The notes beneath the pieces are model-generated. The model was not told the origin of the DNA, ran no database searches, and was given only the letters and a program-made list of their open reading frames with translations. From Saccostrea echinata (taxonomy: Eukaryota): a stretch of 64,000 nucleotides of DNA. The position numbers were made by a program, and so were the translations under genes. The stretch lies in contig NW_026889757.1 in the NCBI RefSeq assembly GCF_033153115.1, positions 2,294,001 to 2,358,000 of the forward strand, read 5' to 3'. Shown here piece by piece: positions 38,601-49,845 of the stretch. Every line of letters starts with the position of its first letter. Positions within the stretch are counted from its first letter, which is position 1.

Positions 38601-41600
38601 TTCCACAGTGAATAAATATCACTTTTAATGTTTTAACGTTTAATGTTAATCTTTTATTCAGTGCACAGGTTAAACTATTTTACCATTCAAAATAATAAAT
38701 GCCTTTACTCCATCATAAGAGCGGAGAATCTAGTAAATATTTTTTAAGATATATTAAGATCGAATATAAATATTTCCAGCAAAGGCGACAGGTATACAGA
38801 GAAATAACATAAATTGAAATTAACCACTATGCAACATTTTTTTTATCGCTAGATATAAAAAAGAGACTACTTTTGGTTAAGAAAATTCTTAAGAAGAGAC
38901 CCCGCTTTCTGTTTGTTTTTGATTTTTAGCACCTTATCTTTCATAATATTTTTTCAATGCATTCCTCACTCTGGCTGTTCAGTACATGTTTGATATTAAT
39001 TAAATCAGATAAATTACATAAGACTTACCTGATTAAATCCTAGATACTGTAGGACATTATCTGAAGCATATAACAGAGTCCCATCAGTTGACGCGGCCAG
39101 AACAAAACCATCAAGTATCTGAAAATAATCTCGGAAATAAATATTCTATACTTTGTTCTAATTTTACATACGACTATAGCATTTCCGATGTAAATAAAGA
39201 TGGTCTATGCGTTTGTTATCCACACACTTCTGCCTGGGCCGTGTCGTGTCCTTTATCATAATGTTTATGGACAGGATATTACATACACTGAAGAAAATGA
39301 TGATACAACTCACAAGAATAGGAGAAGGAACGATATTCAATTGATAGCTAACGAGGTAAACAATATAAATACACGTGCCCCTCCCCCTTTCTGGTGCAAA
39401 GAAAAATGGATTGTACCTTCACTATGAACAGATGATGAAGAGTCTACAATTAGGTTTTGCTGTTGTTCATTTTTAATGAATAATTATCATTTATACTATT
39501 GACATATGTACAAACAAGTACTAATGATTATTAACTAAATATTAAATGATTTAGGTTCACTCAGAGTACCAGTTTCGAAAGGCCGTTCTATCACGGACTG
39601 TAGAGGATGATATTCAACGCATGGGAAACGACGACACACTCCCCGACTTTGAGTTTGGCTGTGTTAGACTCCCGGAGGGTAATCCTTTCTCAGTAGAGAG
39701 AATCGCTCTCTGGTTAGGAGCAGGAAACACTGGATTTACACTTGTGTGTGAAAAATCGGAAAACAGACTTCTTGCAGAAAACGTTTTGAAAATTCTTATA
39801 AGGTTTATTCAGGAGCATGTACGAGTTTTGAATCAACCCTCGGAAGCGAGACTGAAGAGTGACAAAATTGCCCTTATTCTCAATCGGTTTTTGCCAAACG
39901 GGAACCTGCTTTTTATGAACCATCGTGTTGTCAGACAATTAGAAAAAGATGTTGAAAGTTTGATGAAGTTATCATGAATTTATTATCTAATCTGAGTTGT
40001 TAGATAGTATTTCAAATCTATATATTTCATTAAACGGGTTGTTTGAAAAATAAGTGTGTAAACTTGATATCCAATAAGTTCACCATGGTAATTTTTTTTT
40101 AATATACCCAGCCACTTAAGTTTTCAGTGTAAAAAGAAACTGTTAATTTGACATCTTAGTTTTGATTTTTATAAATAAAAAAAATAGATATATTGATATA
40201 TTGCATATACCTGAAATATATTTCTGCCACAGAAGAATTCTTCCACAACCTGATGTCTTTCTTCATTACCGCCTAGTTCCCCATTTTGTAGTGAAGGGGT
40301 GATTTTTTCGTATGCTGTTAAAATGTATACAAATACATATGAAAATTATTTCACTTAACATAATGATGTTGATAAACTATGAATGAACTTATTTCACCTT
40401 ATATGCATTTGCAACTTTATATTCTTTTTGATTCTGAAAAAATACGGAGTTATAGAGGGAGAAAATGCCGTGTTCAAACTGATTTCTGTTTGAAATTGTC
40501 ACCATGCTTCCTCATCACAAATTATCTTATAAACTGAACTGTAGTTCTCTATAGTCATTCAATAATATATCAAATTTGTCACAACTTTTATGTTTATGTA
40601 ATTTTTCCTTTGTTTCAAGATTTAAATTTAATTTAGAAGGTCATGGAACACAAGAATATTTTTATAGCTTAAATGTAAGAATAATTAATGAGAACATCTG
40701 CTTATCGACCATGTGCTTATACCATTTAAATCCTGTGTACAGTCTAGAAATTGATTTTTTCAAGAACCCTTTTAAGTTTGCTATACTGGGAAAAGATATG
40801 TTTTGCAAAATATTTCTTTGTTTAGTGGAAACTTTTTCATTATGCAGCGCGAGGTTATTCTGGATCAGTTAGACACGTGAGAAGTAAACGGAAGATTTAT
40901 ATTTCAAGTTTTGGTAAATATCTTTTCTCAGTTCAAAGAAAACAATTGTTTGAAGCAAAATAGAAGATGGAGTACGGCTTGAAAAGTTCGAAGAATTGCA
41001 CTGCAAATAATACCCGAATCAGACACAAATTGATCAATAAATTCCTATAAAGCTCTGCTATTTAATTTATGAAAAACAAGGCACAATATTTGATAAAGGA
41101 GATTAGGAACTGTGCTTAGATTTTGGACAAACTGCTTGGAGTGTTGGACAAACATTTCAACATTAAAATACCCCAAGCTTCTTCCCTATCGTTCATCGCA
41201 GGTTGTTGAGGGGTGCGAATTCCCCGTTCCGGAACCGGTCGTCCCGTGCCTGACCGCGGTGGTTTGTAGACGCGCCGTGATGCTGTCATCAGGTGATAGC
41301 GTCACCGATAAATTTCCCCGTCAATAGAGTTAAAGTGGAATTGAAAACTGTTTAGCCATCTAAGACAGACGACACTTCTTGGTGTCTTGTCGTGTCATCC
41401 AGTCATAAATGGTCAACGGGACGACGGCACCTCACTGTGCGATATCCTCGTAAAGTATTCAATCTTTAGATAGCATAATTTACATTACTATAACTTTCAA
41501 TAATATGTTTCATCCATAAAGAAAACTAAGTATATTAATTAATTGCTGAAATCAATTGAAGACATAATGCAAGACCCCTCAAATTTTTTTATATCTCTGT

Positions 41601-44600
41601 ACGATTCATTGGGTACCGGTATCAAAGACGCCCATCCTTCCCCCTTTTTACCAAATGAACGAAAACTAAAAATATACAATGTACTTGGGTAAATAGGCTA
41701 AGGAAGATGAATGAGGCTACAGAAATGACTGTCATACTTGGCTCTTTCTGTGGGTACCCAGGAGTCTTTAATGAGTCAGCGCCCCTCGATTAGAGTGTAT
41801 GTGACTAGTAATCCTGAAGTTGTCTGGGTGTGTCAGCTGCCATAATGACCGATCAGTCTGGCATTAACTGCCCTTATTTGATTTGTGTATTTACAAATCC
41901 AATTCAAGTGGGTTTCCCTGGATTATTTATTTAACCATTCAGCGGTTTACAGAATTTGATAGCGAAAATTTAAACAAATATTTTAAAATATGTTTAGTTA
42001 TTGCTCATTCTTACGAGAAGATGCATGTTTTGTACGAAGTACAAATGTACTTCTATGAAACCGAATTCCTCTCCAGATTCAGAGCAACAAAGAAAAATAT
42101 CCTTTCCCCCCATTTTTTGAAAAAGGGAAAGGACCATTCTCAACAGAGTAAGAGCTAGAAAATAATGAAATACTTTGAGATGACTCTTTTATTTCGATGA
42201 ATTTACCTTTCAATTTGAAAAAGAATGTTTTGAGGAGTATTAATAGTTCTGCTTTTCCTTTTTTTATTTAGGAAAAATCTTCATTTTTATCAAACGTATT
42301 TTACCGGTATATTCCCGAATACATGTCAATTTTAATGTTAAATAAAGAATGAAATGTTTTAAAATATGGTATATTCATAATAAATTCTTGTACGTGTGTG
42401 ATAGTTCATCCATTAACAGTATACCTCGTGGCAGTAAACACCGTATGTATTATGACGAGGTAGTAAATACAGTACTAGGATGAGGCAGTAAAATAGCATT
42501 TATAAGATTTGATTGTCAGTAAATACAGTATTTACCAAGACAAGTCAGTAAATACAGTATTTACCAAGACAAGTCAGTAAATACAGTATTTACTAAGACA
42601 CGTCAGTAAATACAGTATTTACCAAGACAAGTCAGTAAATACAGTATTTACCAAGACAAGTCAGTAAATACAGTATATACTAAGATGTGGTTGGTAGTAA
42701 ATATAGTAGTTACTAGGGTGAGACAATAAATACAGGATTAACTAAGATGAAGCAGTAAAGAAATTAAAGGCCAGGCTTTTTGACATCATAACTGTTTTTT
42801 GAATAAAAATGAAGTTCGCAAATTTAAAACTTACCTTGTCGTTTGTTTAAACAATATGAGCTGCAACTTTTGAGGTCGGAAATTTTTGTTGCAAAATTGT
42901 AATTACTAATTCAGTGGCAGAAACAAAGAACGTTTATAAACTTCTGTTGTTCATTTCTGCGATGGAAGAACTATTTATAAGCTTTGATGGAAGCAAAATT
43001 ACGTTATAGTCGTCATGTACGTTATTGATTTTACATTCCATTGTACAGAATTTTTTCTTCTGAAACAATATAATACTTTATTTTAGTCTAATTGATCATG
43101 AAGGTTAAAATTACATCAAAACAGCACATTTTAAAGCAAAATAAAATTCTCAAAAATGCAGCTCATATTGCTTAAAAAAAAACACCCCTGATTGTATACA
43201 CAAGTACTCGTACATGTACTCTGAAGTTGATATTAAAAAGATGCATGCTTTAGTTTCTGATAGACAATATCTATGTAGTCTTTCAACAATCTGTTGGGTT
43301 TCCCATGAAATACCAATTGCGCCCCGTTATAAGCAGACCTATTTTTGTATTCATATGAAGCAGAATTTATTAAAATAAATAAATAAATAAATTAAAAGAT
43401 TCAAAAAGTAACTAGCTGTGGCCTTCAATATATCACATTTTGAGATATCGACGACGTTTTATCAATTAACAATATTTATTTTCATTCTTACGTTGATTCG
43501 ATATATCCCTTTAAACTCGAAAAAAGACACCACAGAGTCTGACACATCTGTTTCGTATTTCGCTATTTTATTAGAGAAAGACATTAATGACAAACACACA
43601 ACAAAACTTTATGATAAACGTGATAACTTCAACTTTTCGATCGACAACTTCCCTTATTCATGTAGCAATATACCATTCTCACCTACATATGGAGTTTATG
43701 TCTCCCAGTTAATTTGATACGCAAGAGCATGTTCTACGTACGAACAATTTCTAAAACGAGGCAAGCTATTGATAAATAAGTTGATGGTACAAGGATATCA
43801 AGAGTCTCGTTTAAAGTCAACATTTCGCAAATTATATATATATATGATACAATGATCTTCTTAGCAAATACATGTACAATCTATGGTTAAGTCGAATGTT
43901 GACTGACGTTTTACATACAAATTGGTAGACCAATATTTTCATCATTTGACTACATATTTTTCCGTTTGCCCGATCATGACAAGGAGCACACGGCGGGTTT
44001 CTGTGACCGGTCAACAGGGGATTTTTATTCCTCCATGGCACCTGATCCCACCTCTGATGTTTTTAGAGGTCTGCTGTGCTCCAATTTGTATTGTTCAGGT
44101 GGACTTTTGAGCTTGATTGTTACTTGTGATCTTTATATTTCATACAGTACGTATGACGATGAGGCAGTACAGTAAATACAGTACCTACTGAGATGAAGTG
44201 TTCAATAATTATAGGACAGAATAAGAGTTATATACATGTACAAACCTTTAAAAAGGAGTTTTATTCTAAGAAAGGAGATGACAAGACGAAAAACTGTCTG
44301 GCTGTCTAACTTCCGGTGAAGTGACGATCTGTCTACGGGTATCAAACACTCTAGAGCCTTGATTTCTGTTCTCAGTTTGTCCCGGTAGCGCTTGGATTTA
44401 AAACTACAATAATCAAACCAAAATTATGTTTTATATTATATGCTTATATATGATGACATGATAAATATTTATGCGTACATCATCCTATTTTTAAACCGTT
44501 CATCTCGCGAGTATCTGTCCATTTCATAATTGCAATGCAAATATTAAGTGTTTATGTACAATATTGAGAGGAATTGTGCATCTAAGGAATATTTTAGTTG

Positions 44601-47600
44601 AACATTTCAAATCTGTCACCTGCTAGTTTACCTTGCGCTTGAATTTTTTAAAAGCAAATTTGAAAACCTTTGAACTTTGTAAAAAGCTTATTTCTGATTT
44701 ATTTAATATCTTAAAAATATAAACAACATATTTTTGAAATGTGAGTCATATACTTTTTCATTAAGACCCGATTAGCGAGTCTGAGCTTGTTTCTATTTTA
44801 TCTTGGAGAGCACATTTTATCAGTTTTATAATAATTGACACATGAAACCCATGTTTGTCAAACAAATTGTCAAAACATTTTAACAAACTGCGTGGATGGA
44901 GCCCTGTTTATATATTCCTAATAAGAAATTGGCATGAGCATCGCGGAGACATTGGATAGCGCGGGGATTGAAGTACCCGCGTCTACCAATTTGTCTTAGC
45001 AGGGGTAGAGAGAGAAATGTGTTTAGTCATCACTAGAATAACACTTCATCAGAATTTCCCATTTATTTCAGTGATGTTTGGTATGTAAGAATTGACCATG
45101 ACAAAGATAACCATGACACATAATTCTTCACATATTTGAATAAAATTTCAAGATGCGAAGGAATTTTAATGCATCTTATAATATGTGTTTATTCATATCA
45201 AAACGCTTGTCTTTCTGTAGAAATCTGGTCTTATTAACTAATTTTGGATTCAAAATTGACTCTGCTGAAGAAATTTCAATATGTGTTGATAATACTAGAT
45301 TCAAGAGCTTTGTTGTAAGTTGTATAATGCTATGTTTTCTATTCAACCATGCACTGGCGCCGTTTTTTTTTTTTTCTTAATTTTATTTAATTTGTTTGTT
45401 TTTGTTCTTTTTTTTTTTTTTTTTAAATTTTATTTATTTATTAATTTTTTTGGAAATTACATGTAGGCTGAAATATATGGCATGTACCCCAGTCCATATG
45501 CAGAGAAGACATATCGGAATTTGAACCCCTCTCAGTTTTTATTTGTAGATTTTAAATGGACATAAAAAATTGAATAATTTAGAATCCTTTTCATATACAG
45601 TATAAGATTTGACGATATACTAGTAAACATATATCCAACCTTACAAATTGAATCCCTGTACAATTTGAATGATATAGACATGTTTCTGTACAAGAACATC
45701 TCAAAGAAATTAAATGCCTTTCACATTCTTTTTATGCTGAACATAGTTCTGTTTTCTTTTTGGTTTTTGTACGATTCATCGTGTTCGATAAAAGATTTCT
45801 CGCATTGTCAATCAACCTGTCTGTAAGGACTGCGAAATTTTAATTCACATTTTTGTAGCATAAGAAGATGTATGGAAGCCCATTTAGGACCTATCAAATA
45901 TTTTGAATTCTGCTCTGAGAGAAAATAAATTGTGCTATGTATTTTAAATAATTTTCCATAAGTAGAAACTTAGTTGGGAAAGGGAAACCATAATACGAAG
46001 TTAAAGAATGATTATCATATAGATCTATCAATATTTACTTGTACATTGATGGTTTTTGGTTGGGGAGAAAGCAAGATATATTTGGAACAAATGAACAGTT
46101 CGTGTTGCAAACATTATTTAAATGATCTATAATTCCTGCAAGTAACACGATCGAGTTGAGGAAAGCAGGATCGTGTGTTGGACAGAAGAGAAGCACAGCA
46201 AGTTCGTGTACAAGATTGCTCAAGAAGTCAGACACTAAACAAAGAGTTTCTTTGTCGATATTCCTTAAATACAACCAGATTTGGGTGTATCGTATTACAA
46301 TAGATCTATAGAATAAACATCCCTTTACAATTTTTAAGAGAGTTGAAGTGTCTTCAAGAGTTAGACGCACAGTAATGGCGGACAATTCGTGTGCTCTACT
46401 GTAAGGATTGTGTAAACTCAGAGCACGAACTAGCTCTTTCTTCACAAAACGTGCGACCAAAATCAACACACGACCTGTATATATAGGCAAGTCACAATTA
46501 GTCTCTTTTATTTCAGATTCATGGTAAATTGAAGACAACAACGTTTTTGTTTGTTTCTGGTTTCATGCGATGGTTTGACTCCGGCATAGTAAGAAATATA
46601 TGTGTTTTAAACTGAAATTATAATTGTCGCCATGTTCCTAAAAACTCAGTGAAAACTATGTGGAAAATATATATCTTTTTTCATGTTTTTGTTTCGATGG
46701 AAATGCATGCTTACACCGCATGGTGCTCTTTTTGATAGTGTTTGGAAATCGTTTAACCGATTCTCATGCAGGAACAAAGTTTTCGTAAGTTCCAGCGTCT
46801 TCAGTATTATAGTAAATAGACATCATGATCTGAAGTCTTATAATATGTTCCACATTACTAATTATAATAATGTTAACACATAAAAGTGGATTTTAAATCT
46901 AGCATTGGATAATATGAAAATGCGGGGCATTAGGCAGAAATGATTTCAATGCCCAATGAAGACCTGGTGCCATGAATAACTTGTCTAGAATACGACCCCC
47001 AAGTTCGTCTCTTCAGTTTATTATTGTTTGTTCTGAAACCTGGTGTATTTACCTTTTCTTTTGAAACAAGATGGTTAAATTCCTTCCTTGAGGGATTTTC
47101 TGATAGTAACCTACTACGTATCAATTTGCTATCTAATTGAAAATAAATCGATGGTATTTGTTAATCTTATATTTGATCTATTTTAACGTTTTCTTTCATT
47201 TTAAATTTTACATCTTGGAAAACAAACACTTTTTGATGTACCCCTTTATCTAGTGGATGGATATTAGTTTGGGATTTTTTTTTGTAACCTACAATTTGTA
47301 TTATAAGCTAGGCCACATAATGTCATAAGAGGAAATACAGGACTAGGGTAAACATTTGTAAACATGGGGAAAAATACAGAATTCTAAATGGCAATTAGCA
47401 ATTTAATTGTTATCAATATTATTAATGATAAATATTTTGTTTTCAATTTTGCTTTTATCAAGTTAATTCAATATTTAGAATATGGCAGAGGGTTAAAAAT
47501 CATTATAAGTCGAAAAAACATAACGAAATCTCTCATGTTTTTGATTGGATGCGGTATTGTTTTTACAATTCGTTTTGCTTTGTGTATCCTCTCAAAAATG

Positions 47601-49845
47601 TTTGGGGGGAAACAAACACAACTCTTTGCCTTAAATAAAATCCAATCATGGGAGTTACTACATATTTAAAAAAAAAAAGAAAAATTTTTTTTTCGGAAAG
47701 ACATTCTATCATTTTGCAGCAATGTTTCGGGATTGTTTAATCTATAGTCAATATAAGTATATCAGTTCATGTACACTTCTACATGTATTTGTTCTATATG
47801 AAATATTTTGATACTTCTTGAGTCCTGTGAGAATCGAAAACAATATATTTTTTGGTGTTGAACTGTATGAGCTATGTAGATCTTACTAAGAAAATTTCAT
47901 TTGATGTATTTTTTTTAACATATTGGACTACCTGTTACAAATGTTCCTATATAATTTGTCTATAGGACTCTAAGTCATTTTTGATATCGTACACAAATGA
48001 ACATACATGTACATTTTTTATGTTGAGATGATACCTAGAAGAGTCCATCCGATCAATGAACAAAAAGGACAATCTCTGTTTATATTTTTAAAGACATGTA
48101 TCATTATTGGACTCCAATTTTTTGGACAATGAGAACGAAAGAATGACCTTGACCTCACAACAATATCCATCTTGATGTATTTAAAAAAAAAATATTCGCT
48201 CATAAAAATTTATAAATCAAATAAATTGTGTAATAATGATAAAAGATGGTTGCTAAGTGATTTAATTGATTTCAATTTTGAAAAAGGGACAATTAACAAA
48301 ATGTTATTTTAACAGATTCATTTCACCAACAATTAACATATCAACCCTTATATGGAGAGGGAGAGAAAAGGGGGGGTATATCGTGCAGCTGGAACAAAGA
48401 AATTAATAAGATTTCTTTTTTTCAAAAATAACAAATATTGAATAAATATATCTTTTAAAATATTATATAAAAAGAAAGAAAACTAGTTCAAGATAACATA
48501 AATAACTATAGTACAATAAAAGATGTGTAGTTGGATTTCTGATAATATTCAATGTTTTTTCCATAGCTTTTAAAAATGTTAAGTTTTCTTGATCTGCAGT
48601 AGTGCATGACCATTAATATTTACATAATTTTATAATTTACTTTAAAAAATGATTTCTGTAAAAATTTTTTTAAAGTAGGTCGTTCAATATTGCGTTTCTG
48701 AATTTATGTTTTTAGCATTTACTACTCGATAGGTTCCTTCTTGAAGAATGTTAAAGATGGAAGGAGTTTTCTAACTTTGTGTAAAAGTAGTACAGTATAT
48801 GTACATGTACATCTATACAGTTTTGCCCTCAGTGTTTCAATCTTCATGCACCATATTTTTTTCATTCAACTACTATTTTGTACTGTTTAGAAATAAATCT
48901 AATGAAGTGGAAGTGAAACGCATCTTTTAAAATAAACAGAAAGATAAATAAAATACAAAAATGAATAAATAAATAAATTTAAAAAAATAATAATAAAAAA
49001 GGAAAAAAAATCTTAGAAGAAGAATTATTGAATTTAAGTTGTGGAATGCAATTTTATCAATCTGTAAAGATTCACTCTTGAACAGAATATTCTTCATTTG
49101 TTGGAATTGCTACCTCTGAAAATCAAATGCAGAAAAAAAAAAACTTTATATCAATTGAGTTCAATGATACAGAAGTATTTATTAGCCTTAAAGGTTCATC
49201 TTTATAATGAGTTTATTCCAATTATTTTAGACAATTACATTATTGTAATTTCAGAAGCCCCTATCCACCAATCCAAAAGTAAATAAATAAATAAATACTA
49301 GTAAATAAAAAAGGTTAAGTTTTCTCGAAGCTTAATATCGCTTAAAATAAAAATTTGTCACTATTTTCTGTGTTAGTAAAATTTTTATCAAGTATTGGAT
49401 ACGAAATGTTTACGATAGTATGTTTAATTGATATTAATGTATTGCTTCACATTCACAGTTAATACATGTAAAATGTATTTAAAAGAGTACAATTCAAACT
49501 TATAAAAATCCAACCATGCATATCATTAATTTTAACATATATTTTACAAAGCGTAATATATTGCTGAATATATCAACAAACCTTTGACATCAGTAAAAAA
49601 GCTTAGATTCTCCTTATCAAATGATAACTTTTACTCAATTTGCCTGTGAAAAGGAAAATTCTTCCCATATAAGAAAACAAACGAACAAAAAAACAAAACA
49701 CACACAAAAACAAACAAACACCAAACAAACTAGATTAAAAGATAAATAGGGATAAGCAGTGAACAAATTAAAATTAATTTTACCTTGGATCAATTTTTGA
49801 AGATGAAATATTTCCGGGTTTCGTTGAAGCGGTTGCTTTGTCCAT
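35696..49845 (-). CDS. Divergent aryl hydrocarbon receptor-like bHLH-PAS transcription factor (743 aa, 10 exons)
   Basis: Exons 49784-49845, 44246-44403, 40211-40314, 39029-39118, 37979-38077, 37697-37783, 37402-37595, 37190-37296, 36968-37109, 35696-36884 (2232 nt, phase-consistent, no stops). bHLH SKRYRDKLRTEIKALECLIP..KLDSQTVFRLVISFLRIK; PAS-A ILDGFVLAASTDGTLLYASDNVLQYLGFNQVDLMHRCLYGIVHPDD..FVCRMKC; PAS-B FWSKHDMDL..IIGY..LYKYVHPEDL..FRIETRNGKWVWLHSRG; Q/P/N-rich tail. Exon 1 is the least certain. Confidence 0.85.
38190..38700. mobile_element. Non-autonomous hairpin-bearing element (Crypton-like) in intron 4 of the AhR-like gene
   Basis: Imperfect stem-loop centred on CGAGTGCGAAGCACGAG with flanking ATGAAAATTATTTCA / TGAAATAATTTCAT arms. 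Boundaries are approximate. Confidence 0.4.
39200..39977 (+). CDS. AP5S1: AP-5 complex subunit sigma-1 (192 aa, 2 coding exons), nested antisense in intron 3 of the AhR-like gene
   Basis: Exons 39200-39355 and 39555-39977 (phase 0, GT-AG). MVYAFVIHTL..CRVLY..YG N-terminus; GFTLVCEKSENRLLAENVL; DKIALILNRFLPNGNLLFMNHRVVRQLEK C-terminus. These match the AP5S1 family as I recall it. Confidence 0.9.
42430..42760. repeat. 29-bp palindromic minisatellite
   Basis: Unit GTCAGTAAATACAGTATTTACCAAGACAA starts at 42515, 42544, 42573, 42602, 42631 and 42660, with degenerate copies on both sides. Confidence 0.9.
42847..43175. mobile_element. Kolobok-like MITE with TTAA ends
   Basis: TTAAACAATATGAGCTGCAACTTTTGAG / CTCAAAAATGCAGCTCATATTGCTTAA inverted termini. 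Confidence 0.7.
43180..44130 (+). mobile_element. Decayed Penelope-like retroelement, reverse-transcriptase 3' fragment
   Basis: Frameshifted RT remnants: FLIDNIYV, QQSVGFPM..NCAPL*ADLFLYSYEAEFI, a YIDD-like region near 43445, KDTTESDTSVSY, TKLYDKRDNFNFSIDNFPYSCSNIPFSPTYGVYVSQLI*YARACS. Confidence 0.85.

Noticed and set aside
40398-40505. Alternative ATG exon just upstream of AhR-like exon 3
   Set aside because: Its donor is phase 0, and joining to exon 3 gives an early stop.
42515-42690. 29-bp palindromic repeats of CRISPR-like size
   Set aside because: No spacers, and the context is a eukaryotic intron.
47053-47128. Possible extra AhR-like exon containing SENPSRK (resembles KSNPSKR)
   Set aside because: It ends in phase 0 while the bHLH exon needs phase 2; exon 1 already joins the bHLH exon in frame.
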